From NCBI RefSeq assembly GCF_001194135.2, contig NC_069001.1:7683879-7733430 (forward strand): DNA of 49,552 nucleotides. Direction: 5' to 3'. This document shows, in pieces, positions 32,245 to 43,524 of this stretch (its first letter is position 1; each line of letters starts with the position of its first letter). Position numbers and translations under genes: made by a program. The stretch is from Octopus bimaculoides. Taxonomy: Eukaryota. Under the pieces are notes generated by a model. It was not told where the DNA came from. It saw only the letters and a program-made list of their open reading frames with translations, and searched no databases.

Positions 32245-33311
32245 TACAATGGCTTAATAATTTGAGACCATGATATCAAGTTAACTGAAATTCCTTCTTG
32301 CAATTTTGTAGAAGTAAGATGCAATCATATCTCTCATGAATATTAATGTTCTTTATATATTTTTTACAAAATTGTATTCCTTTAGTTCGTTTTTCTCAAT
32401 GCGGCTTGGGCACTAAAACGAACACAGAAGTTGGTTAAAGTGATAAATGAGTTTGTTACTAGTAGACTTGGCTGAGGAGAATCAGGTGTCTTTTGGCACT
32501 AAATTCGAAATCATATCAAATTAACTAAAATTCCTTCTTGCAATTTTGCAGAGGTAAGACACAATCGTTATTTCAATTATTTTTTTTTCCAAACATGCCT
32601 GTGAAAATCTAGTGTTAATTTTTGTGGTTTCAGAATATTTTGACTCCTATTTTTAGCTAAGCTGGTGCTTAAAAATAACGCCCTTGTTATATATAATTCT
32701 TTTAAATATAGCTATTAATTTTTGCCTATGCAGTTTTAGCATGTGGCCACTAACACGTATGACGTCATGTATGAATACCGAAAAATTGCCCAAATGCATT
32801 TAGAAAATGGAAAAAGTTGGTGGGGGGGGTGACGCTTTTACTTATTTATTAGCTATAGAATACAGTTTTCATTGCATATTCTTCGGGTAGTTTTGAAATT
32901 GATTTGTGATGAAATTATTCTAAAATACGACTTCAACCTGTTTTTTTTCTTTTTTTTTTTTCTGTGAGTTCATCTTCTGCCTCCACAAACGCCTCAAAAT
33001 ATGCAAAAATAACGTAAATATTGTAATTTATCGAATTCAGAAAATTTTTCATGTAAATATGAATTACTGTATACCCCGGTCTCTCTTTGTGGGGATATAA
33101 ATACATACATACATACATACATAAACATATACATAAATGCGCAAATACAAAAAGGATGTATGTATANNNNNNNNNNNNNNNNNNNNNNNNNNNNNNNNNN
33201 NNNNNNNNNNNNNNNNNNNNNNNNNNNNNNNNNNNNNNNNNNNNNNNNNNNNNNNNNNNNNNNNNNNNNNNNNNNNNNNNNNNNNNNNNNNNNNNNNNNN
33301 NNNNNNNNNNA

Positions 33312-33502
33312 ACTTTTTGGGTGGGGGGGGGGCAGTCGATAAGATCGACTCCAGTGCGTAACTGGTACTTAATTTATCGACCTCGAAAGTATGAAAGGTA
33401 AAGTCGACCTCGGCGGAATTTGAACTCACAACGCAACGGCAGACGAAATACCACTAAGCATTTCGCCCGGTGTGCTAACGATTCTGCCAGCTCGCCGCCT
33501 TA
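33312..33502 (-). mobile_element. SINE family A, CpG-intact copy
   Basis: ..CTGGTACTTAATTTATCGACC..GTCGACCTCGGCGGAATTTGAACTC..CATTTCGCCCGGTGTGCTAACGATTCTGCCAGCTCGCCGCC. Confidence 0.9.
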
Positions 33503-34523
33503 AAAGGCAGAAGATATTGCCGTAGAGGTCTAAGATTTTACATCAGTACTTTGATGTCCATTCACAACTTTTCCGTACTACTCCCATCACGAAATCGAAA
33601 ATCGTGAAAAAACGCCCCGCACTAATACACACACACACACACACACACATATGGTAAAAGTAAATCTCAACTCCAGTCGATTTATCCGACCTTACGACGA
33701 TCTCAACGAACATATATAAAAGCATAATTTAAAAATAAAAAATATGCAAAAAACCAATCCGCAATCGCAAATTCAAAGAAAATACATCTGAAAATCTGTA
33801 CAAACCATTAAAACCGATACAGGCTAATAAAGTTTTTTTAAAAATTTGTGTTACGTCGTTTATCGAGCTAAGTCGCATGTCTCGGAACCAATTAACGACG
33901 CATGTTGAAGCTAGCCTATACACACACATTGTGTCCGTGCATATAAGGGTGAGAAGAGAAATAGATAAGACCGAAAATAAAAAAAAAAGATTGAAAACGA
34001 TACAAACCAAATAAAAGACACCAAAATATATTCCTTTACACACACACAATTCACTCTTCCCTCCACACACAACGGTAGGGTGTAAAACTATTTGCAAGTC
34101 CTCGTATTTTAATGAGACGACGTCTTGTATTTTTTGTCTTATTTGTTACAAACACATGCATATAATTAGCACGCACATATTTTGTTCACTAAAAAACAAG
34201 CGAAATTTCTTTTCAAAATGTTATACGGGCGTTAGTTTTGTTGGGACATCATCGAGAGTTTCACATGGAAGTTAGCGTGTGTGTCAAGGACAACTGAACA
34301 CAGACACATTCACAGAATTACATAAATACATTACATACATGCCCACACGCACAGTCGTTGACGATGGTTGGATCTTGGTAAATTTCTTCCAACAATTTGA
34401 AGCTTTTTAAAATTTTTACCAGATTGTTTTCAAAAGTGTACCACTGATGCAATTTAATGAATGCCATTTTCGTCATCAGCATGCAAAACTGCACCAGAGC
34501 TACACAATTTTTTAAGAATATGG

Positions 34524-34896
34524 TTGGCGACGGTTACGACGTCGAGGGTTCCAGCTGATCCGATCAACGGAACAGCCTGCTCGTGAATTTTAACGTGCAA
34601 GTGACTGAGCACTCCACAGACACGTGTACCCTTAACGTAGTTCTCGGGGAGATTCAGCGTGACACAGAGCGTGACAAGGCTGACCCTTTGAATTACAGGT
34701 ACAACAGAAACAGCAAGAAAGAGTGAGAAAAAGTTGTGGTGAAAGAGTACAGCAGGGTTCGCCACCATCCCCTGCCGGAGGCTCGTGGAGCTTAAGGTGT
34801 TTTCGCTCAATAAACACTCACAACACCCGGTCTGGGAATCGAAACCGCGATCCTACGACCGCGAGTCCGCTGCCCTAACTACTGGGCCATTGCGCC
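34524..34896 (-). mobile_element. SINE family C, full-length long subtype with tRNA(Arg)-like head
   Basis: The minus strand starts GGCGCAATGGCCCAGTAGTTAGGGCAGCGGACTCGCGGTCGTAGGATCGCGGTTTCGATTCCCAGACCGG (A/B-box-like). The 3' half is shared with the copies at 20600, 46885 and 48830. Confidence 0.85.
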
Positions 34897-36202
34897 CCCA
34901 CTTTTTTTTTTTAAGAATAACCTAGTGAATATAGGGGAAAAAAAAACTTCAAATAGTTGCATGAAATTTAACAAGAATCCAATGGCCAAACATCGTAGAT
35001 AGGAAGTGCCGTTTTTGACATAATGGACAGTTGCCGATGGGGTCTCGTATGTCTAGGGCCCCAATTCTTATCCATGTATGCTCTGGCTTGCTGTCAACAA
35101 AAATATAGTGTCCTGTGCCTTGATTTGCTCATAAGTCTTACGGATCTCGGGACTGACTTCTGATCTAAGCTGTGGCTATCTGTCAAATATTATAGGGCAC
35201 TGATTTACCTAGGGGCCCCTATAATGCTGTTAAGACGGCTCTGTAGGTAGGACAACTAAGATTAAGACCATAAACCTACTTGATATTATAGGGTATTGTA
35301 CTACTATAGGGCACTGCAAATGGGCTATAACAGACGAACTGTGGACAGGAACTTCATTGCGGGCTTAGCTCGTGAGCTGGTCCGCTGAGAAGGGACTTGC
35401 GGTTAGACGGGAGAGGAGGCTGAGGATTTTCGGACTCGCCCTCAGTTTGTAAGTGAATTATGCGAAATAATCACTCTTGTTCCGGATTACTTTTTATGTC
35501 TAGCTTAACTAAGTTATATTACTACTTTCCGCATTATAATGTCATTGTTCAGTTTTATTTCAAGATTTCTGGCCAAAACAGAAAGAACCAGTTTCTAACC
35601 TAAATCGAAGACCCTTTCATTGGAATTTCAGCATCAATAACAGGGTGGATGGGTGGGTAGGTATGTATGTATGTTATATAAACATACAGATAGCTAGAAA
35701 GATATAGTGCACGTGACCGAATATTCCGCATATACGTGTCTTTACGTTAATTCTCAGGCAGAATTGGTGTGGCATCGCGCGTGTGTGTGTGTATGTATGT
35801 CTGTATTTACATGTGTGTATGTGTAAACGTGTATGTATTTGTGCATGTATATATGTGCGCATGTGTGCATGTGTAAACATGTTTGCGTATAAGAGTGAGT
35901 GTGAGTGGTGTGTATACATATATGTGTGCGTGTAGAGGAAGAGGTGGAGGGGTGTTTAGGTTCTTTTCTTTCTTTTCAAGAGAGAGAGAGAAATGTGGAA
36001 CAAGAGACAGTAAAAACATGCTTCTGCGATTGTGATAAATGTAAGACATGGTTAAAACCACGTGACTGTAGTGTGGCCAGATAGGTGGGGGGTGCGCGCG
36101 CGCGTGAGGGGAAAAGGGGAAAGTATGTGTATGTGTTGGATGTATATATGAGAGAAAGTGTCAGAAAAAGTATGTCTTAAAGTGTGTACGCATATAAGTG
36201 TG

Positions 36203-36237
<35 letters not shown>

Positions 36238-36399
36238 GAGAGAATGTGTGAGAGAGAGAGAGAGAGAAAGAAAGAATGTGTGAGAGAGAGAGAGAATGTG
36301 TGTGAGAGAGAGAGAGAGAGAATGTGTGTGAGAGAGAGAGAGAGAGAATGTGAGAGAGAATGTGTGTGACTGAGAAAATGTGTGTGTGTGAGAAAGAGC

Positions 36400-36437
<38 letters not shown>

Positions 36438-37199
36438 ATGTGCGCGCGCGTGTGTGTGTGTGATAGATGTGGATGCGCCAAAAAAAGTTTCGATGTAAAA
36501 GAATACGTGAGAGAAACAGACAATATGCATGCGAGCGTGTCTGAAATGAGTGAATGTGTGTAAGAGAGCCAGACAGTGCGTGCGCGAAAGAGAGAGAGAG
36601 ACAGACAGATAGTTTGTGAGAAAGAAAATGTCTGGAGATGTCATCGTCTGCGAAAGTACACTCAGTGTGCCCTAAATAACAAATCATCATATATATACAG
36701 ACACACACACACATATACAAGCATTAAATCATAAATATTGAAGAATTTAACGTTAAGACTCAAACTTAGAAGAGACACCACGCGGTTTAACAAAATCAAT
36801 GATGGCGACATAGCATCAAAATGATGGCGATATAGATCTTCATTGAGGATTATAACTTGAAATAAAGTCTACAGCATTGAGAAAAGATATTTCTAATACA
36901 TTGCAGAGTGTTAGCATAATCTTCTCTGATTAGTAAAACCTGACATTTCCATTACGAACAATTTATTGACTGTCCTTCTAAGCATCATTTCTGTGTTTGT
37001 GCGAGTGGAGACACACACACAGAGTAGTGATACCTCACTTTACGAGGGTTCGCTTTACAAGACCCCGGGTTTGAGCGTTTTATTTTTCAAGCACAAGACC
37101 CAAACCTTGAACGAAGTACAAGTGTTTCTACCACCATAACAAATACTTCAACGAGTTAGCGCGAAATTTATAGAAAGCGAAAAAAAGCTTCTTCTAAGC

Positions 37200-37439
37200 C
37201 AGGGGTTTTCAAACTGTGGTCCGCAAGGACAAGACAGGGGGTCCGAGGACAGCAAATACTTTTTATGGGCAATCTGATTTTATATATGTTTTTTAATCGA
37301 AATCTTTTAATTGACAATAAACCTATTTGTTAAATACTGTTAAATAAATAAATGTAAAAATAAATGTTATTTTAAGCAAATATTTATGTATAAATTTCAT
37401 AAGCGTTTATAAGGGGGTCCCTAAGGTAAAGCCTGAAAT
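37200..37439. mobile_element. Second copy of the hAT MITE (right end lost in a gap)
   Basis: Starts CAGGGGTTTTCAAA. The internal sequence is nearly identical to 4231-4529 apart from a short deletion near the left end. Confidence 0.9.
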
Positions 37440-37991
37440 NNNNNNNNNNNNNNNNNNNNNNNNNNNNNNNNNNNNNNNNNNNNNNNNNNNNNNNNNNNNN
37501 NNNNNNNNNNNNNNNNNNNNNNNNNNNNNNNNNNNNNNNNNNNNNNNNNNNNNNNNNNNNNNNNNNNNNNNNNNNNNNNNNNNNNNNNNNNNNNNNNNNN
37601 NNNNNNNNNNNNNNNNNNNNNNNNNNNNNNNNNNNNNNNNNNNNNNNNNNNNNNNNNNNNNNNNNNNNNNNNNNNNNNNNNNNNNNNNNNNNNNNNNNNN
37701 NNNNNNNNNNNNNNNNNNNNNNNNNNNNNNNNNNNNNNNNNNNNNNNNNNNNNNNNNNNNNNNNNNNNNNNNNNNNNNNNNNNNNNNNNNNNNNNNNNNN
37801 NNNNNNNNNNNNNNNNAAATTAACTCGTATATCGATGCATTATGATGTTAATAAGTCACAAAATGGCGAAACATCGACGTTCATCGCTCCTGAATGCGAC
37901 TAGGGGATGACTGTCTCTTTGATTTTCAGATGTTCTAACACGTAGCGCTTAAGAGGGTCACCTCCACCGCGTCGCTTCGTATGTGTGTTCG

Positions 37992-38029
<38 letters not shown>

Positions 38030-38329
38030 TGTGTGTGTGTGTGTGTGTGTGTGTATTCTTTTAGCTGTTTCAGTTATTTGACTGCTGTTATGCTGGAACA
38101 TCGCCTCAAAGGATTTTGTTCGAAGAAATCAACCCCAGGACTTATTCTTGGTAGGCATAGTACTTATTCTATCGGAAATATGGGAGTTTTTCATTGATCA
38201 TCATCCTTAAACAACCCATATTCAGGGACATTTTGAGCGGGATGGGAAAACAAAAGGCTGGGTGTGTGTAAATTTATTTCTGTATTTACATTATGGAACC
38301 GGATGCGGGCTACCTTTTCGTATGCCACC

Positions 38330-38332
38330 CTC

Positions 38333-38367
<35 letters not shown>

Positions 38368-38660
38368 TGGGGGAATGTCTTGTATTCTAGCTCTGAGCCA
38401 ACTAAAGCCTAGTGAGAGGATTTGGAGACTAAAAGAAGCCCGTTGTATGTGTATGTTTGTTTATCACCACTCATCACTTCACAACCGGTATTGGTTTGTT
38501 TGTACCCCGGTAAATTGGCAGTTCGGTAAATAGAGACCGACAGAGTAAGTACCAGGCTTTAAGAACAAAATAATAATAATAAGTAACTGAGTCAATAAGT
38601 TCGACTAAAACCTTTCAAGTTATGACCACAGACCAATGACTGAAAGAATTAAATGATATA
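38330..38660 (+). mobile_element. SINE family B, decayed; further B copies at about 38045-38175 (-), 39400-39625 (+), 40730-41020 (-), 42820-43020 (-), 44540-44710 (+), 46085-46530 (-) and 47245-47625 (-)
   Basis: Same diagnostic motifs: GTGGATTTGG, ACTGAAAGAAGCCC, AGTACTAGGC, CATGGCCGCAGTC and GACTGAAACAAGTAAAAGA, or their reverse complements. Confidence 0.8.
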
Positions 38661-41145
38661 AAGAAACAAAAAAATAAATTTGTCGGAACGTTTACGTAAA
38701 CAACGATATCTGATCCAAAACATAAGGGATTAGTTACATAGAAACGACCCGCTACGTTCGCCCAGTTAACAAATAAATCACCATTTTATTTACGTAAGTG
38801 GCTGTAGTAAAACTAATTAAAACCGAGTTAATTACCGTTTTACAGCACAATTAAGAGATATAAAGCACCACTCCTGCGAATTTTTGTAAGCATTCGAGTA
38901 TCCCAGACTTGTATTGCAAATAATACTTTTATGAACAAATGTGGGAGCCGCTGATTATTCAGACTAATGAAATTGGATTAATGAACGTTTTGTTGTAGAT
39001 TTTATAAACAATAAAACAGCGTATATATTAGTGATAGAGGCTGTATTAATGCTGAAAGGTAATATTTATCCCCCACTTAAACGTAGACGTTCTGTTAGAA
39101 CAAACTATACTGCCGTAGATACCGCGAGAAAAACTCTTATATTGGCTAAGGTACTCACAATTATCATCTTTTATTCATGACAGAAAAAAATAAACTAATC
39201 ATTTCCAACCATTCCTCAATGGGAAGTGAAATCATGCATCTGCATTCAGTAGGTATTCAAACTAAGTCTCAGACTCACGTGATGGCTAGACCAGTCCACG
39301 TAATCCATTTAACTTCTGTGCCACATAGCAAGCTGTCCTAATTTCTAAGTATTATTCCCCAGAATAGGGGGGGGGGGTATTTCTATATAAATATATAGGA
39401 GCAGATATGGTTGCATGATAAGAAGCTTGCTTCTCAATCATATGGTTTCGGGTTCAGTCCCATGCAATTTTTTCCCCCGTGCCCACGAAATCTTTGTAAG
39501 TGGATTTGGTACTAGGCTTTAAAAAAAAAAAACTGGGGGTCGATTCATTCAACTAAAAAGTCAAGGTGGTGCTACAGCATGGCCGTAGTCTAATGACTGA
39601 GACAAGTAAAAGATAAAAGATAAGAAATTAAGATGTTTGTTCCCATTTCTGAGTAGAAACTGCATTTGGCTGTTGATCGAAGATGGGTCTTCGCTAAGTA
39701 GCAGAATAATTCCACTGCACAAGATATTTGTTTTTGTTGTTTTTTTTCTGTTTTGTTTTGTTTTTGTTTTGTTTTGTTTTTTCATCTTTACCAAACAGCA
39801 TACACTCCCCTTCTACTTTCAATGAACTTCTGCAGTGAATAATTGATATATTCGAATAATAAATATTAAAAAAAAAAAGGTGGAGGAAATGTGACCGTTG
39901 ACATGCCTAACGAACTCAAACGATTATTTATAGGTTTTAATTAAGATGTATAATGAGAGTAGTAGGTGGAGTAGTAGTAGCAGCGGCGGCGGCGGCAGAG
40001 GTGGTGGGGGATGATAATGATGGTGACGACAATGACGGTAGCCATAATTATGATAACGGTGGTATTCATAGTGGACGTGATGGCGATGGTGGTGAGGATT
40101 AGTCATTTAGTCATGATGGTGGTGACACTGCTGCTGATGATATTAGCGACGGTACATTATTAATATGATAATAAGTGATGGTTGTGGTGGTGATGGAGAT
40201 TAACGTTAATAGTCGATCGACTTGGTAGTCAGGTTTGTATTAATGTTCAATAGAATTGAACGAAGTAAGCTGCAGGTTAGACGAATAAGGTTTATATGAA
40301 GTAGCTACAAGAGATGATGATGATGGCTAACATTGATGATGATAATGATGATGATGGCGCCCATCGATTCAGAAATCTTATTATGTGACATTCTTCGGTT
40401 TTCTTTACAGAACTCATATGAATTGGAGCCATGAAGGTCTTTTCCATAGCTTGAGGGCAGCGACCTAACCAATCGCTTTGTCTTATTTTCACACCTCGCT
40501 TTATTCTCCCCATCAACGGAGGGGGTTTATTGCATTGGAATGTAAACAAAATTACGCCAGACACAAGTTTGGTTAACACGCAGTTTAGGGGTCAATAAAA
40601 TGGAAGTAAATGAACCGGAAGTGATGACGGTGATATCCGTTACACACACAGTCTAACAAATATCTATATAGAATATAAACATATGTCTAACACAGCACGA
40701 AAACCATGTTATATTGCATGTATTTATATACTCTTTTATTCTTCTGTTTCGGCCATGCTGCAGCACCACCTTGAAGGATTTTAGCCGAACAAATCGAGCC
40801 CAAGACTTTTTTAAAGTCTAGTACTCATTCTATCGGTGTCTTTTGCCGAACCACTAGCTTACAACGACGTAAACACACCAACACACACACAGATACATAT
40901 ATGTATACATGATGGGCTTTTTTCAGTTTCTGTCTAACAAATCCACTCATAAAGCTTTGGTCGGCCCGAGGATACAGTAGAAGAAACTTGCCGAAGGTGC
41001 CACGCTAGTGAGACTGAGGAAAACAATTACATTTATATTGGGCATATGGTCCAAAACTTATTTTTGAAAAGGGACAAAGAAAGACGAGGCAATAGAACAA
41101 GAAACAGAATGTATTAGATATAGGCTAAGGAAAATTGGAAGAATT

Positions 41146-41178
41146 CTTTAACGTTTCGAGCCTACGCTCTTCTACAGG
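41146..41178 (-). ncRNA. Hammerhead-like motif with variant core
   Basis: The minus strand reads C-CTGTAGA-A-GAGC GTAG GCTC-GAAAC-GT-T-AAAG. Stem II and the palindromic ACGT mini stem III are intact. U is present at A6, as in the 23.2-kb homologue. Confidence 0.45.
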
Positions 41179-43084
41179 AACGATAAGTTGAGAGGACAAA
41201 GATGGAGAAAGAAGAAAACGTATCTTAATTAAACGGTCACCGCATGTTGAAACGGGTATAAATACCTAAAGCGGTGCAGAATAGGGGAAAATGTTCCGAA
41301 TTTAACTTCACCCTGAAAGGGAAGAAACTCTAACCTTTCGCTGTTACATTAGTTAAAAGCATGCGAAATAACCTGGAAAAGAAAAAAAAACCCATGAAAC
41401 AAAACTCCGTTGCTGGGAAACTCAGAGTTTCCCGGTGACTAAGCGGGTCACGGATAGTCTAGTTGAGCATAGATTTTAACAACAAAATCTTATAGGGACC
41501 ACCGAGGGTAATATGAATCCCGGTTGAAAACCAGATTTCATCAATTAAAAGTTCTCTCTCGCATGCACAAAGAAACTGAGCGGAAACATCATATTCTTTT
41601 CTCCCTACAAACATGAACTTACCTCAGTATTTTTGCCGATGCAGACGACTGCCAGCAACTACGACGCGACATCCTTGTTTAAACCCCACCCTCACAATAT
41701 CGTTTGATCTAGTGTCGTCCAATATTACATTATAGTGCGATTGTGATGTCAACATCGTCTGATGTCGTACTGTGATGTGTGTGGAGAGAGGGGGGAGGAC
41801 ACATCAAGGAATATTTCAGACATTATTAAAAGATAATTATTTCAAATAACAGCAACAGCAGCAAAATAATTATATTGACCAAAAGAAAATTGATAACCAG
41901 AAGATCTTTGATAATAATAATAATAATAATAATAAAAATTTAATCCATATTCATTAAATTCGATAAATTTGCTGTCAACATCTTGTGTAATATTTTATGA
42001 TGTATAAAATCATGGCAGCAGTGCTGGGATAAAGGTAACGGAGAAGAGAAAATATTCATGAAATACGTTGACCAACTTCTGGTCTGGTCGGTGAGTTGGC
42101 GGGAAAGGAAATTAGAAGAGGAAATTATAATAGGGTAATAAGTGTCTATACATATACAATAGTATATACATGCATACTCATACATACGTTGTTTGATGAC
42201 ACAGTAAACTATAAAAAAAAAAAAAACAGAAAAAGGAAAACAAAAACGTTTGACAAGAGTGAGACCTAAATCACGTGAACACCTTAACACTATTGCGCAC
42301 ATTGTGAGAGTTATATACACATAAATAGAGTGACATATAAAGACGCGCACAGACACACATATATACACACACACTAACTCATACAACCGCACAAACGCAT
42401 ATATACACACACACACACACATACACATACACACGCAAACTTAAACTATGTATTCTCGTCACACAAAGTCTTGACAACCGTCTAAAGTAAAAATCATTTA
42501 AATGACGGGGAGGAATAGGAGGAGGCTTATATATCGGGTGGAGAATGTTTTGTAAAGATATTTACATAGAAGGGTGGTGAAGATGGTGGCACAGGTGTTG
42601 GTAGGGGTATGATACGGAATGGAAACAGACAGATGACTACTACAAAAAGTAGGGCAGGTAACATTCTGATTTTTATACGATATAAACAGATTTTCTCTTC
42701 TCATCTTAATCAATGGCCACCAAATGGATGAAGCGATGATGGTGGGGTACAAACCTAAACCTGTTAACAGGGAAACTACATATAAACGACTGAAAGCTAT
42801 ATTTATGTTGTTTATATTCATCTTTTACTCGTTTCAGTTATTAGACTGGGGCCATGCTGGGGCAGCACCTTGAAGCGCTATTAAAACAAATCAACTCCAG
42901 TATTGCATTTGTTTTTTAAAAACTCGGTTCTCGTTATATCGTCTTCAATGCCGAATCGCTAGATTGCGGGGACGTAAGCAAACCGGCGACGGTTGTCAAG
43001 CTGTAGAGGGGGGACAAACATATTTAGGTATTTTACAGCGCTTTTCCCACCGTTTCCAATTACTGATGAAAGCCATATGAAACT

Positions 43085-43524
43085 CGTACGAACGTCCACT
43101 CTTGCAATTTTCGGGATTAGTCAATTACATCGACCCTTAGTACTTGACTGGTACTTTATTTTATCTACTTCGAACGGATGAAATGCGAAGTTGACCTCAG
43201 CGGAATTTGAACTCAGGACGTAAAGAGCGGGAGGAAATGCCGCTAAGCGTTTTTTTCGACAAGCGAACGATTCTTATTTCTTTATTGCACACAAGGGGGT
43301 AAACATAGAGGGGACAAACAAGGACAAAGGGATTAAGTCGATTACATCGACCCCAGTGCGTAACTGGTACTTAATTTATTGACCCCAAAGGGATGAAAGG
43401 CAAAGTCGACCTCGGCGGAATTTGAACTCAGGACGTAAAGAGCGGGAGGAAATGCCGCTAAGCGTTTTTTTCGACAAGCGAACGATTCTTATTTCTTTAT
43501 TGCACACAAGGGGGTAAACATAGA
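43085..43524 (-). mobile_element. SINE A plus tandem 215-bp units of the Tx1-tailed SINE A variant
   Basis: TTCTTATTTCTTTATTGCACACAAGGGGG starts at both 43271 and 43486. The preceding ~70-nt head segments are identical, including private variants. The array runs into a gap at 43525. Confidence 0.85.

Noticed and set aside
34824-34896. tRNA-like sequence (and similar heads at about 5740, 19075, 20600, 23765, 26590, 39405)
   Set aside because: A/B-box-like motifs are present, but the cloverleaf is incomplete and each continues into a SINE body. These are SINE heads, not tRNA genes.
35030-35243. Possible hAT MITE ending GTTAAGACGGCTCTG
   Set aside because: Only one terminus is recognisable. 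No matching left TIR or TSD was found.
42498-42821. 107-aa minus-strand ORF in unique sequence (also 40292-40579 and 48505-48825)
   Set aside because: No recognisable motif, no convincing splice or start context, and lengths are within chance expectation.
43055-43092. CTGATGA..GAAAC..GTA hammerhead-like spacing
   Set aside because: There is no stem II and no stem I complementarity, so it is a chance match or fully decayed.
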